In this document: positions 23,787-37,700 of the stretch, piece by piece | Numbering within the stretch: the first letter of the stretch is position 1 | Layout: every line of letters begins with the position of its first letter | Origin: Moniliella sp. 'wahieum' | Lineage: Eukaryota | DNA: 64,000 bases | NCBI GenBank assembly: GCA_003971905.1 | Contig: RSEE01000006.1 | Span: 1-64,000, forward strand | Direction: 5' to 3' | Position numbers and translations under genes: made by a program | The notes under the pieces: generated by a model | Seen by the model: the letters and a program-made list of their open reading frames with translations, nothing else | What the model was told of the DNA's origin: nothing | Databases searched by the model: none

Positions 23787-24649
23787 TTAGACCGACGTGG
23801 CGCGGGGCGGGCGAGCCGGCGGGGCAAAGAGAAGGCGTCGTATCGAGAAGCGGTTTAGGGTCCTTCTTGTGGTGCGACTGACGACGGTGAGATTGTTGGG
23901 GCCGGGGGGAACAACGGGTGGGAAGTAAGCCAACTCATCGTGTGCGGGGAGGGGCTTGGCCTCGGCCGGAGGAGGCGGGACGGTGCGAAGGCGGCGTGGC
24001 GTGCAGAGGACCGACAAGCCCACTGTTGTTTCTTGTTGGCCGCCATGGCTTGCCTATACTCTTCCAGCGTAAGCATTCTCTTCTGCGACGGGCGAGCCGC
24101 CGCCAGCCCGGCAGTGGGCAGCAGCAGCGGGGGTAGCTGTCGAGGCAGAGGGGGAACAGCATCCGTGGAGGGAGGCGCATGCCGTGCTCGTGCTCTGCAT
24201 CTTCCGTAGCCATGTGTTCGTCCAGCCACTCGCGACTGGCATCGGCGCCGCCCCAGCCTTGGGCCACCGTCTTGGCTGTGTCGCGGTGGGCCGTCATGCT
24301 GTGCCGATCCATGCGGCGGCCATTGTGATGGAGCCGGGGTTGGGTATGCGCTTGGCCTGGGGAGGCAAGACGTAAGGGCCGGTCTGGGGGTTAGCTACTA
24401 CGCGTGGATGGGGCGCCAAGGAGGAGGTATAGTAGAAGGAAAGAGAAGCGGGGAGTATGGGACAGAAGGCCACGTACGGTGCGACGAGCGGAGCGGGGCA
24501 GTGGGGCGGGGCACATTGCCGGCGGCGGCAAAGGAGGTGTCGGGGGAACTGGGGGGTGTGGAAGAAAGCGGGCGGCGGGCGGGGCTTGCGTGGGGCGACG
24601 GTGGGGGGAGGTCGAGCACGGCAAAGGGGTTGGAGGTGGTGATGCTCAT
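23787..24649 (-). CDS. Stm1/SERBP1-like (HABP4_PAI-RBP1) RNA/ribosome-binding protein
   Basis: N-terminal MSITTSNPFAVL (Stm1-type SNPFxLL), then RRMDRHS...DTAKTVAQGWG, DE..ATEDA and MLTLEEY. Probable intron at about 24360-24480. Ends approximate. Confidence 0.7.
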
Positions 24650-25738
24650 GGGTGGGGGGGGGGAGCAGGGCTGGAGACGGGGAAGAGCGACGGCGAGGGG
24701 GGTTATATCTGCAGGGCGGGCGCCGGGGGGGCTGTGGGGTGGGGGGAGGCAGAGGGTGGGGTGGGGCGGGCCGTGCGCAGAGGGAAGAAGGCATGGCGCG
24801 AGTCGCGTGGCCAACCGGAGGCGTGGAGAGACGACTCGGAGATGCGCTCGAACCACCCGCCGTAGTGCGGCTTTATTGCGTCGCATGGGGCGACTGGCTG
24901 GGCCACCAGGCGGCCCGCAGCCACCCCCGCACCCACCACGCAGCCACAAGGGGTGGGAATGGCAGTCCTCCCCCCACCCCCACCAACGTCATCACCATCA
25001 ATATTCACTAGATTCACCCTCTTAATCATCCCACATCCGTCGCTCCTCCTTGCGCTGGGGACTAACAAGAGGTGGGCCAATCCAACCAACCCCGCAATAA
25101 CCCATGGCTCCCGCACTGCGCCCCTCTCCCCGCAGGTTAACCCTAGAACAGGCCAGCCCTCCCATGCAACCCCATACGAGTGGCCCAGCACTGGCGCAAC
25201 GCCAGTATTGCTTCCTGCATGGCTGGCAAAATATAATAACCAACAGAAGGATCAGCGATCAGTACTCAGTACTCAGTACATCAGTACAGAACCCCCGCCG
25301 TTCGTTCCCGTCTCGCCCGAGGAGATCCTCAGCCTCATCAGCCAACCAACAAGGCACGCTTTTGGGGTCGTGGTTCAATGGTTGCGTGCAATGGATACTC
25401 AGGAGCGAGTGTTAGAGACGGACGGGGATCTGCTGCACCCAGCGGTTTGGAGGGGAGAGCGCCTTTTGCCTCCATCTTCTGATTCTGGCTGCGTCCCAAC
25501 AAAAGGGTGCATTTGTTAACCGCTGGTCCAGCAGACCAGAGAGGCCCAGAACGGTTTATTGGCAGAGGCCCGGCAGCGCTCCCGAGTGGATGCCGTCATC
25601 CAAGCGCGGGTCACGTGCCTGGGCGGGTCACGTGGGCTGGCGGCGTCGCGTCGGGCAGAGTGCGCCGGATTTCGTACACGACGTCGATCCTCTTCCACCT
25701 CGTCCCGCCTGTGTGGCTGGTTGGTCGGTGTGTGCGCG

Positions 25739-28700
25739 ATGGCCGACGCGCTCCTGGCCGACGGCTGCTCAGCCCAGCACTTCTTCCATGCCGTCCCGCT
25801 CTCGTCGCAGCAGCGCGCCGCCGTCACCTTCCCCGCCGGCCAGTCTCTCCAGATCCTCGCTGGCCCTGGGAGCGGCAAGACGCGCACGCTGACTGCCCGC
25901 GTTGCCTTTCTCGTTGCGGTGCGGCGCATTGACCCAGCCAGCATCTACGTTGTCACATTCACTAATCGTGCGGCGCAGGAGATGCGCAGCCGTCTGGAGC
26001 GGCTGCTGGGCTCTGCGCGCACCAACCAGCTCCGCATGGGCACCTTTCACAGTATCTGTCTCCGCCTTTTGCGCCGCTACGCCCGTCTCCATCCCACGCT
26101 TGCCACCGCCAACTTTCTTGTGATTGACGAGAACGAGGCGCGGAAGCTCGTCACCCACATCCTCGCTCATCCCCACGCCCGTTTCTCTGCCCTGACAGCC
26201 TCCTCGCGATCTCCTCTCCCCGACGAAACGGTGTCCGACGAGGAAGCCAGCGGCGACGTTGCCGTCGGCTCTTCCCAGTCCAAAGCCCTCAAGCCGGTCC
26301 AGCTGCGCAAGCAAATATCCAAATGGAAGACGTTTAAAAAAACCGTGGCCGAGGTGCAGCAGGACGCGCTGCGGGCGCGTGACCTCAATGCCGAGCTGGC
26401 AGCATGGGTGTACGAGCAATACGATGCGCGGCTTGCCGCGCTAGGCGCGCTGGACTTTGACGATTTGATTTTCCGTGGGATTGAGCTGTTGGAGGCGCAC
26501 CCAGAGGTGGTGGCGGATGTGACGGAGGTGCTGGTGGATGAGTTTCAAGACACGTCGGCGGGGCAGCTGGATTTGGTCACGTTGCTGGCTTGCCAACGTC
26601 GGTCTCTTACCGTGGTAGGCGACCCGGACCAAAGTATCTACGAATGGCGCGCGGCGGACCGCAGCAACCTAGAGAAGATGCATGCGCTCTATGGCGAGCC
26701 GACCGGACCGGATGGGACCAAGGCGGTGGCGACCATCTTGCTTGAAGAATCCTACCGTTCCGCCGGCAGCATTCTGCAATTGGCTCAATTTGTGATTGAA
26801 CAAGACCCGACGCGGCCAGTGGCCAAAACTTTGGTGGCCGTCCACCCTACCGGTCCGCCTCCGACCATCCTGGCGTTTGACTCGGCGCAAGACGAAGCTC
26901 GCTGGACCGCGCAGCAGATTAATGAGATGGTAAGCGAGTCGGGCGGGTTGATCCGATACAATGATGTTGCAATCTTGGTTCGTTCCAATGCGCTCTCTCG
27001 GTCCTTTGAGACGGCATTTGCCGAAGCGCACATTCCCGTCCGGTTGTTGGGCACGGTAGCCTTTTTCCAGCGACAAGAAGTGATGGATTTGGTCTCGTAC
27101 CTACATCTCGTCTACAACCCCTTGTTCACCCCATCGTTGGAACGCGTCATCAACGTTCCTTCGCGCAAGCTCGGCCCAGCCTTTGTCCGGGACTTTGTCG
27201 CTCTTGCTCAAAGCAAGGGGGAGGCACCCATGGTCTATGCGGAAAAAGTGGCGTTGGGACAGGTTGCGCCCGATACGCACGTGCTGAAACCGGAGCGCTT
27301 GACAGCCTTGACAGGGTTTGCTTCGATCATCATCCGAGCTCGAAAGATGGTGCGGGCAGGACGGCCGCTGGCGTTGGTGCTCAAGTGGATCATCCAGACC
27401 AGCCACTACGATGTCAAGTTGGAGAGATTGGAAGGGAGGAGCGAACGAGTCGGATGGAAAACGTGTTGGAACTCATCACGATTGCCGCAGAGCTGGATGG
27501 GATCCAAAAGCGACCGAGAGGGAGAGCAAGGAGAATGACCAAGAGGAAGAGGAAGAACAAATGAAGGGGCAGGGGCAGGAGCAGGATCAGGATCGGGATC
27601 GGGAAGGACATCAGGAGGAGGAGGAGCTTCTTTCAGTTCCAGCTTCCCACGTGTCTGACCAAGCGAGGTTGTCAGCTCCATCGCGCGGCCCACTCGCCCC
27701 TGATCCGGGCAAGACGGATATGGCCACTATGCTCGACATGTGGCTGGACACGATGGACGTGGAAGGGATGCTCCGCCCACGCTCAAGGACCCATCGGGCC
27801 CGCACGACGCGTTTCATCAATTTTCGGTCTGAAACGGCCTCGTGACGAAACAGGGACTAGTACGCCTACCGCTCCCAAGCAGCCCCGCACCCGTCTGGGC
27901 TCCCCCGCCTCATCCCGAGGTCGGGAGGGGGATGGGGATCGGGATCGGGAGGAAACGCGCGATCCCGATGCGCCAGGCGGGTCGATGGACAAGCTAGGCG
28001 AGTTCGTTTCGATGGCCAGCCTGAGCTCGCAGAACGGGGCGGACGAAAAGGTATCGTGTGTGACCGTGTCAAGCTGCCACGGTGCCAAGGGGCTCGAATG
28101 GCCTGTGGTGTTTGTCGCTGGGTGCGAGGAAGGCGTGTTTCCCTCGCGCTGGAGCGGCTGCCTGGAGGAAGAAACGCGGCTCTTGTTTGTCGCCTTGACG
28201 CGGGCCGAGGCGCTGCTGTTTATCACCTGTGCCAATACCCGTACGCAGGGCAACCGACGAGCGTGAATGGCCTGACGGGCTGCTGCGCGCAACCCGCGTT
28301 GGTCCCCCGGCTCGTCCGTCGACTTTGTCCATCCCAAAGTGAAGGCCGTGGTGGCGTTGGAGCCAGACCGGTTGTACGCCAGATCGAGGCATGCGCCACC
28401 ACTTGAACCGCCCTGTTCCCACCATGGAGGCCCGACAGCCTGTAAGAAAGAGTACGTACCCCCCCCCCATCTCCCCCTCCCCCCTCCCTCTGCTCGAAGC
28501 AAGTGCCCCGTGGAGCGCTTCGAACCCAGCACCTAACCCCATCTTGGCATCTTGGTTTCCCAAAGGTTTGTCCAGCGTGTCCAGGGTCTCACTGTGTGCG
28601 TCGGTCCACGACGAGAGCGGAGCGCGTCCAGCCCGTGAGCCTTGTGCTGCCCTCGGCCGCGCAGGCCGGCACGGACGCGGGAACGCCAAGGATGGGCTCC

Positions 28701-29421
28701 CGGATGGGCTCCCGGATGGGCTCCCGGATGGGCTCCCAGATGGGCTCTCAGATGGGCTACCAACCGGCCTGGTCCGGTACGCTGTCTGCTTCTCAGGGCT
28801 ACCGTAGCTCGCCTGACCCCGTTTCTCAATCTCAAGGCTATGCCGCCTCTTTACCTGGCTTCTTATCGCGCGCCTGCTCCCGCTCTCCTACCTCTTCTCC
28901 CCATCGGGTGCTGTGCCTGCACCTCCAACCAGGGCCTCGGGTTTTGCGACCCAAGCGCGAAACGGGGCGCCCACGACAACGCCCTTTTCCTTACCCTTGC
29001 CCACACCTCGAGCCACACCTCGAGCCACGCCGCTGCCGCAGTTGATTGCTGCGCAGGGCAGCACCGGTCGCGCGAGCGGCTTGGGGCGAGGCTGGCCCGG
29101 CCTACGGGTGCCTCACGACGCGCACCAGCTCGGTCGGGCCCAGCTGCTTTCAAACCGCCGTCGCGCGTCCTTCCTACCTCTGCCGCCGTGTCCACTACCA
29201 CACATACTACCACACCCACTACCACACCCATTCCCACATCCGTTGCGAAGCCCACTGCCAAGCCCACTGCCAAGTCGACAGGTCCCGCCCAGCCGCCCCG
29301 CCTGGGCACGATATCCCGGGCAACAGCAGCAGCAGCAGTAGCATCCCACGCAAGTGCGCGGCCTGGATCGCTGTCGGGCCGGGGACAGAGCAAATCGGTG
29401 TCCTCCCACGGGCGGATCTAA
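25739..29421 (+). CDS. SRS2: UvrD/Rep SF1A DNA helicase, Srs2-like
   Basis: ILAGPGSGKTRTL, VTFTNRAA.EM..RL, GTFHSIC, LDFDDLI, VLVDEFQDTS, VVGDPDQSIY, LEESYRS, AILVRSN, TVSSCHGAKGLEWPVVF, EEETRLLFVALTRA, then a low-complexity C-terminal tail. The 3' end is approximate. Confidence 0.9.
28691..28760. repeat. 12-bp minisatellite (GATGGGCTCCCG, about 5.5 units) in the helicase tail
   Basis: Read directly from the sequence. Confidence 0.9.
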
Positions 29422-29642
29422 GTGCTGAGTGCTGACAGGGAATACCAAGCCAGAGGAGCGGGTCCTACGTGAATCTAGTAGAGTTGACTGCCGGTTCCTG
29501 TGCAAACATACTCTGCTACTCGCAACGCAGACGAGGGACTCCAAGTGAGGCAGAGCGAGTCGCAAGTGAGGCAGAGCGAGTCGGAGTCGAGCGAGTCGAG
29601 CTCAGCTTGAGCGCTCATTCAGTATTCAGATCTCAGATGCAA

Positions 29643-31456
29643 TTACTTGGGCTCGTTGTCCGCGTCGGACAAAGGCAGGGACCGAGGCAGGTGGGAAGCA
29701 GGGTGGGCAGCAGAAGCGGAAGATCTCGAGCCAGATACTGAACCTGATACCGAGTCGGATCCCGATCCCGATCCCGAGCTGGACCGACGGCGTGCGTCAT
29801 CTTGCTCTTGGTCCGCATCAAACACCTCGTGGGCATCCTCGTCGAAATCGTATGTCCTCCTGGTTCTTCGCCCGTAGGAACCTGCGTGTAGGCCGAGTGA
29901 CGTTGGCGCATGCTGATGCCCATGCCCATATCCATATCCATCCCATATCCATGTCCATGCTCGTCGCGCCCGACCGAGCTTGTTCTGGTTGTCCGGACGG
30001 CGTAAGGCCCATGACGATCCGGTAGCGCAGCCAGTTGTACAATCCGATCCCGACCAAGGTGATGCAAAGGCCCGTGACGTTGATGGGGGTCAACTCGTCG
30101 CCAAACAAGGTGCTGGCCACGATGACGGTGACGACTTCTTTAAAGATCCCCGCAACGGAGAGGGTGACGACGCTAGTGCGTTGGATCAGCGTGTACTCGG
30201 ACATGTTCATGGCAAAGGCCAAGAGGCCCGGGAAGGCGATCATGCCCAAGGTGCGTATGGCTTGGCCCAGCGAGCCAAAGTGGCCATTGGCAGGAAAGGA
30301 TGGAGTGCCAAGATTCGAGGGCCAAGCTGACTACGATCAAGCCGGCGGCCATGATGGGTGAAGCCAAAAGATGGTGCCAACGGGATGCGAAAGGCCCATA
30401 CCACGCTTATCGAGCAAAAGTTGGGTCAAGGCCAGCGCAATCCACCCATGCTGCTTGCCGTCAACACCTCCACCGCGCCCACTAGCACAAACTTGGTCTC
30501 GGCCGCGACCATCATGATCACGCCCGCGGTGATGATTGCAATCACGCCAATCAGGCGCCAGCTGATCACTTCAGTCGGAAGAGAAAGGCAAAGAGAAGCA
30601 CGAACGCAAGGTTGGAGGACTTGCACATGGCTGATCCGGTAGCACCGAGCAAGCAAGCGGGTGGGCGTTAGTAGACGATCCAGTCTACGCACACACATAG
30701 AGCGAGAGAGAGAGCGAGAGAGAGAAAGGAAGGGAAAAGAGAGAGGGGAGGAGGACGTACTGTAAAAGGTCAAGGTAATGGTCTTGAGACTAAGATTAGA
30801 CAGACCAATGTCGAGTGCGGTAGCAAGGGCGCGGGGGCGACCTTGGTAGCCCAGTCGGGGAACGAGGGCCGTAACCTCTTGCCCGTGTCGGGGTTGCGGG
30901 GCACGATAGCGTCACCCCAGCAGCTGGCGAGCAGCAGGCCAGACAGAACGAACTGGAGCACCATGTGCATCGAGGTGACAAAAAGCGGGAAGGAGAAGTT
31001 GTAGTAGTTGGGGGAGAACATCCACTTGTTGTACACGCTGATCAGTGTCGAGAAGATATCTGGCAAAGGCAAGGCAAAGGCAAGGCAGGCCGACCGAGGG
31101 ACAGGCCAACGAGTACAGAGTAAGAAGCATGAAGAAAGGCCCAGGGGAGGGAGCACAGAGGGGACGCACACCAGGCCAGGATGAGGGCGACGTTGATGGC
31201 AGCATTGCGCAGTACAGCTGGCGTTCTCTGCGGCCGAGCGCCCGCGCAGGCCGGTGCCAAAGGGGGGCATCGACTGGGGGGGTGATGGGGGGGGGGCGCA
31301 AACGAAAGGTTGGGGTGCGCCAGAGAGAGAGCGGGGGGGGTGTCGTCGTCGTGTCGTGGTCGGATGGAGGGAGGAGGGGTGGGGGGGCGGGGGGCGGGGC
31401 GAGCAGGCGCGTGGGCGGAGGGGTCGGGGAGGCGGGGATGGGCGAAGGGTGCGCAT
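29643..31456 (-). CDS. Triose-phosphate transporter family / nucleotide-sugar transporter (SLC35C2/Ymd8-like)
   Basis: NAAINVALILAW, FSTLISVYNKWMFS..YNFSFPLFVTSMHMVLQF, GVIMMVAAETKF, GGLRW, PGLLAFAMNMSEYTLIQRTSVVTLSVAGIFKEV, FGDELTPINVTG. Several introns. Confidence 0.9.
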
Positions 31457-31729
31457 GGTGGGCGTGCGCGCGGCGGTGGCGGTGGCGATGCGGTGGTGGC
31501 GGTGGCGGTGGTGTGGGGCGGTTATAAGGCCTACGCGGCGGCCATCGAGGTGTTGGAGGCGGCGAGCAGAGCGCCGAGTCTTCCCTGACCAGCCGACAAC
31601 GCACAACCCCCGTCACGTGATGGGGCGTGCCATCGCCCCCTCATTACGTACGTCGGCCCATCAGTACCATCAGTCGCCCTCCCTCGAGTGACCCCCACGC
31701 CTCCACCGCGTGCACCCCCCCACCCCCCC

Positions 31730-32619
31730 ATGTCCCGCGCCCCCCCTGGAGCGCCGCGCGCGGCAAGGTCCAGCTCCGCCTCGCCTCCGAGCGCACCCGC
31801 GCCCTCCAGGCCAAGCTCGAGGCGATGCAGAAGGCCGACCGCAAGGCGCTGGCCGCGCTCGTCGAGAAGGCAAGCTCGAGGCAGCGCGGTGCGTACCGAG
31901 GCGCTGATCAATACCGACGTGCACATCGAGCTGCTCGAGCTGCTCGAGTTGTATACCGATACGCTGCTGGCCCTTTGCCCTGCTGGACAACATGCTGAAT
32001 GCGACGCATGTCGCTGATCCCGATGCTGCCTTGGCCGATGCCTTGGGCTTCGGTGCTGTATGCCTCGCCACAGACGAGCTGCGCGAGCTGCACCAGCTGC
32101 GCGAGGCGCTGTCGCTGCGCTTGCCCCGAGACTGGGCCTTGGCCGCGATCGAGGGCGACGAAAAGCTTGTGCCGGCCCGCATCCTGAACAAGGTGCGCTT
32201 CGCCACCCAGCCCCGGACCCGGTCTTGGTTGATGCCTACATTGCGGAGATTTGCAGTGCATACAATGTCGCCTTTACGACCCGACCCACCTGCCCCCCGA
32301 CCCGACCCCGCCTCCTCCGCTGTACCTGGAAGACGAGGGGGACAAGGGCAAGGAGGAGAGCAAGAGCTCTGGCGAAGGCAAGACAAGGACAGGACAGGAC
32401 AAGGACAAGGACAAGGACAAGGAAGGCGAGCACGGCGCTGATGCGGGTGGGCCGCAGGAGGGCGACAGCAAGGCCAAGCCGGTGGCCGGTGCAGAGAGGC
32501 GGCGCGCGACCGGCAGCGGCCGCGGCCGCGCGGCCGGCCAAGCCAGCATCGAAAAGACTCAGGAAGACGATGCGCTGGCGGATCTGGAAGCGCGGTTTGC
32601 GTCGCTGAAGCGGAGGTGA
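31730..32619 (+). CDS. IST1: ESCRT-III-like regulator of Vps4
   Basis: KVQLRLA.ER.RALQ.K, A.L.E.GKLE.AR.R.E.LI..D.HIELLELLELY, ELRELHQLRE, P...LVDAYIAEICSAYNV, and a C-terminal MIM-like LADLEARFASLKRR. Confidence 0.9.
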
Positions 32620-32900
32620 GCGCGGCGGCGCGGGGTCGGATGGGCGGCGGACACAGCCGGGGGGCGCTTCTACAACGCATTGGCCAGCGGCGCTGTCTGT
32701 CGGGGGGGGCATAGTATCGTGTCGCAGTTGCAGTTTCCCTCTCAGATATAACCCCTTGCGTCATTTTATCCATCCTGCGTCACGTGCCTGTTGAAACTTG
32801 CATGCCCCACGTGACTGCGCGCCCACGCCCCGCCCACGCGTCGCTGCGCGCCAACACGGGCGGCCTGCCCACCCCCACCACCGCCACCCCCCCTCCCCCC

Positions 32901-33792
32901 ATGTCGCTCAACCCCTCGAGGCCGGCATGCTGGCCAACATTGAGAAATGCGTCGAGGCCGTGTCGGTGTCGTGCCAGCACCTCGAGCTGGCCAATGGCGC
33001 GGTGGCCGAGGCGACGGCCGATTTGCCCCGCTCAAGCGCGTCTTGGCCAACCAGCGCCACTTTGATCTGGTCAGCGTGTCCGAACTGGCCAAGGCACGCG
33101 ACCACCTCAGCTCCGAGATCCAGCCCCAGATCCTCCAGCTTACGAGAAGGCCAAGGAGAGTCTCGAGCGGGAGGAACGACAGATGAAGACGCTCCGCAAC
33201 AAGGTCCGTTCTCCCTTCTCCCTCCATTCTCTATCCCCCCCTTGTCTTCCTCCGTCCTATTTCCCATTTCCTTTTCCCCTTCCCCTTTCTCCCCCCCTCT
33301 GTTGCTCCATTTTACTCACCAACGCCCCCCCCCACTTCCGTCCTGCAGACCATGCAACTTCAATCCCAACTCGACGAGGCGGGAATCAAGTTGGACCCCC
33401 CGCCCCCCGCGCGCCGTGCGCCCGTCAAGACGGCCGCCTCGGTCGCGGCCGAGAGGGAGGTGCAGATGTTGCGGGCCAAAGTAGCAGCTGCCAAGAAACG
33501 GCGCGAACTGTTCACGCGCGAAGTGTTGGCACTGGAAAAGGAGATTGTTTCTGTACGTATACGTGTTTGGGCTCCGTCTCCTTCTCTCCCCCCCTTTGTG
33601 TTTGGGACGCTCTTTTGCCGCCTCCCCCCCACAGCTCCTTCCAGTAGTCCGTATACTGACTCCCATCCATCGTGGCCGTCCGGTTCGGTGCGTAGGTATA
33701 ACCAACCAACGTTGTGGGCAGCTGTGTCCTTGCGCATGTACTCTATTCGTATTCCCGTTGTGACTATTGGTGATGCAGCCCTAGATAGCTAG
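32901..33792 (+). CDS. SPC19: DASH/Dam1 kinetochore complex subunit Spc19
   Basis: IEKCVEAV..SC..L.......ATADLPRLKRVLANQRHFDLV...EL..A...L..EIQPQI.QL after frameshift correction. Introns at about 33204-33348 and from 33554. The last exon is uncertain. Confidence 0.8.
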
Positions 33793-34703
33793 CCCCATAG
33801 ATTGTTACACTACCACGGCCCTAAGGAGCGCGACAAGGCCAAAGGAGAGGCAGGCGATGATGAGACCAGCAGTTCATCCAACACCCGGAATGGCGTCCCT
33901 CATTCTTGACTTACTCCACTTGCTTCACTTGCTCGACCTGCTTGACCTGTGTGCTCGACCTCAATCGGGACCGAGATGGGAGGGTGGAGGTCCACCGACC
34001 GATTCCGATTCCTCGTCCTAGCCCTGAGTGGAACCCGCCTAGCCTCACCTGTTTGGTTCCGTGTCCCAAGCATAGTGCGATTGGAATGTGGACGGCACCA
34101 CCTCGGACCGAGATGGCGCGAGGGGACGGATGACCTTATGACATTGTGAATTGTATTCTTGCTACCCCTTGCCTATATACTACTCGCCCACTTGCACCAC
34201 TCTCCATTTCGCTTGGACCCTCGACCCGGCTCGCCGCATTGCGCATTGCATTGCACTGCCTGGCAAAGTGGGGGGCGGGGGGGCTGGTTGACTCTCTGTG
34301 CCTCGGCCTAACCTCTACTATCATCATATAGTACTCAGTACTACCGATCGAAGTGGCGAGGGAAGGACTCTGAATCGTACTACCCAGCTGACTCTACACT
34401 CTACCACCGCTGACACGTAGGCTACTCATACTCATACTCATACTCATACTCAGTCTGAGTACTCACCATGCACCATACATGCCCTGCATCAAGCAGCAAC
34501 AACGATACCGACCGTTTGTCGCCCGTCGCCCGTCGCACGTTACATGGCCCACGGGGGGCATTACATGTCACAGTGACCAAATCAAGAAAAAATCCCATTC
34601 GCCCACCTCTCTCCTCTCTGCATCCTCCATCCTCCCCAGCCCCTGAGAACGGGAGGACGGACCACAGCGCACCGTGCACCGTACCGTGAGCCCAGGGGGG
34701 ACA

Positions 34704-37700
34704 CTAGATACGTTGGAACGCGCCGTTAGGGGGGAAACTAGGAGCCGGATGAGGGTGGACAGTCCCTGGCTGAGGGACGCCATACGCAGCGGAACTAGCT
34801 ACAGCATCGACGCGGGCCGGGGGGACGAGTGACGGATCAGCCGCCGCGGTAGCCAACAATTCCGTGACATCCTTGAGTTGTCGTTGGACAGAATCGCGAT
34901 CATGAGCAAGGTCAGAACGGTAGTGCTCGAGCCGAGTCTGTTCCGCTTCGAGTAGCCGTTCCAACCGCTCAAATTGGGTCATCTTGAGTTCCATCTTGCG
35001 CATTTGAGCCTCCACGATCCGCGCCACTAAGCGCTGACATTCCCTCTCTTCCAACGACGCGAGCACGTGGGCCTTGGCTGCCGCCGCACCCAGTGCGATC
35101 GCCGCCGCGCGCTGCACCGCCGTGGGGGCAAACGTGGTTGGTCTTACTCTGGTTCTGGTTCTGGCTTTGGCTTTGGTTCTCGCTCTCGCTCTCGCTCTTG
35201 CTCTGCCTTTCTTTCTCCGATCGTCGTCCGACTGCAAAGCGACCGGGCCGGTCGGGGGACGTCTCCGTTTCCGTCCCCGTCTCGGCCAGGGCACGTTTCC
35301 GTTTACGCTGCTGGGTTTGGAGCGTATGCAGCGCTGCTGCCGGTACCTCTTCCTGCGCTGTCTCAGCGGCCTTGTGCGTCTCCTCGTCAGGTCCCCTTCC
35401 CGTCTGTTCCGTTTGCTCCGTCTGCTCGGTGTCCATCTTGGTCTCTGTTTCGGCAAGTTTGTCCGTCTCCGACGGGACCGTGTGCGGCTGCGGTTGGGTC
35501 TCACTGGTCGGTTGGGTGCGCTTCTCAACGTCCATATCCATCGAGGTGTCCTTCTGGGTCTCGAGCGAGTCGAGCTGCATTGGGTCCGGGTGGGTAGGCA
35601 GCGGATCAGAGCGCACCAACCTCATTTTGGTTTTCGTTTTGGTTTTGGTTTGACTTTGGCCTTGGCCTTGTCCCTCTCCCAGTCCCTTTTCCAGTTCCAG
35701 ACCCTGTCCCAGACTGTGTCCGAGTTGGTCCAGACGCACGCCATCGGTCAACTGGCCCAAGGCAGCCTGAGCCGCGGACGCCGCGACGGCCGGGAGACAG
35801 CTGTGGCGAGGAAGCGTACCAAGCTCATGACCGGGTTAGCGGCTGATGCGAACGGGAGGCCATCAGCGCGATCGGGGCCAAGTGAGCATCTTCAATGGGC
35901 AAAGAGAGGAATTTGAGCAAACACGCTTCGCGCGATTTGGATTCGACGTGGGTTGCGACGGCGCCCCAATCGTCTTGGTACATCTCCAAGCCTTCGAGCA
36001 GACGAAGAATTTCGTGCTGGGTCCAGCCAGCGGAGTCGGACGTGGTGCCTGCCGTAGGTGCCGTAGAAGCGGGAGGTGGGGCGATACGGATAAAGTTGCC
36101 GGAGAACAAGGCGGGTGGGAACTTCCCTTGCTGGTAGCATCCTGGACACAGCGTGAAGGAGACATTGACTGCCTGGTATCGTTCGGCGGTACAGTCGGTG
36201 CCGCAGGTGGCACACCATTTGGGTTCCAGTTCCAGTTGGGGTTCGGTGTCGGTCGAGTTGGCGTGAGCGGCAGTGGCAGTGGCAGTGGAAGCGTCAGGTT
36301 GGGCGGCTGGGACGAGGGCGGTGGAGCGGTACAGTGCCTGTTGGAGCACACGGTGGGACTCGCTGGTGCGCGCGGTGGAAGTCGCGGGTCAGGTAGGGTG
36401 GGATCAGATCCCTGCGTATCCTGCTTGCCTTGTCCGTTGGGGGGGGGGGCGACGTGCGCGCACGGTACCTGGAGCATCGAGCGTCACGTCAAAGTGGCCT
36501 GTTAACGGAGGCACCAATGCCGATGCCTTGGTATCCGGATCAATCTGGTAATTGATCAACCCCCATTGTTCGAGAAAGGCATGGACGCGGCTCATGGCCG
36601 CCACATCGCCTGCGAGGTTGCGCCGACAAGCGGTAAAGGTAAGGTACTCGCTCGGGTTGAGTCGGAAGGTGTGCACCATAAAGTCGCGGTAGGTCTTGTA
36701 CACGCCCGGATTTTTGGTCCGGCTCGGGACGGGGAGGAAGAATTCGGGCAGTGCGCGTTTTTCCAGCGGGTGAACCTTGGCCAGGTCAAACCATTTCGAG
36801 TAGGAAGGCACGATCACCTCTGGGTCTGGACGGCGAGGAGGTACTGTTGTGCGACCTGTTGTGCCTGTTGCAGAAACGCCTGCTGCACCGCCGCCTCCAG
36901 CGCTGCCGTATCATCGGTCGGTTCTGCGTCCTTGTCCTTCTTCAGATCCGTCGTCCCATCGGTCTTGGCTGGGTCCGCATCCGCATCTTTATCTCCGCCG
37001 GACTTGGCAGACGAGACGAAAGCTTCACCCATCACCACGTCCGCCTCGCCCCGCTCCGCACTCACCTCCCCCTCAGGCTCGGGAACAGGGGGAATGTTGC
37101 CCAGCACGCCATCGGGGTAAGGATCCTGCTCGCTGCGCTTGCCAGGGATGGCCGAGGCAGAGAGATTGACGGCAGTGGCCGGGATGACGCCCACGGTGGG
37201 TTCCTCCACTTCGGACGTGGGTTCACGCGCACGGCGCTTCAAGTTGATGGAGATGCGGGTCTTCTTTTTCTCGGGGGCAGCAGGGGCAGTAGGTGTGGCG
37301 GTAGCAGCTGGAGCGGGTTCCGGTTCGGGTTCCGGTTCGGGCGCGGGTTCCGGCTCGGCTTCGGGCACAGGCTCAGGCGCAGGGGCAGGCGTAGGCGCCG
37401 GCTCGGACGATGTGGTTTCAGGTTCGGACTTGGAGTGAGCATGAGATTGGGCCCTGGCCTTGGCCTTGGACCTGGTCTTGGACTTGGACTTGGTGGTGGA
37501 CGCGACAGGAGCCTTCGCCTGAGTCGGCTCAGTTGGAGATTCGGCCGGGGCCGGATGCGCATCCACAGAGGGTTCCTCATCATTGTCCTCCTTTTCGTAA
37601 TCCTCCTCGTTCATCCACTCGTTATAGGCGACTCCATCGTCGAGCCAACGAGCACTGATGAGCCACGGGTGGGTGTCCACGTCGCGTGCTTGTTCCGGTT

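Noticed and set aside
25739..28270. UvrD helicase as a bacterial horizontal transfer or as the helicase of the Helitron
   Set aside because: It has a eukaryotic Srs2-like layout with acidic insertions, a low-complexity tail, a probable intron and host-like GC. Helitron helicases are PIF1-type (SF1B), not UvrD-type.
33800..34700. Intergenic gap between convergent SPC19 and SMARCC genes as an ncRNA or small gene
   Set aside because: Only short ORFs and simple repeats were seen, with no tRNA cloverleaf or snRNA/snoRNA motif that I could recognise.
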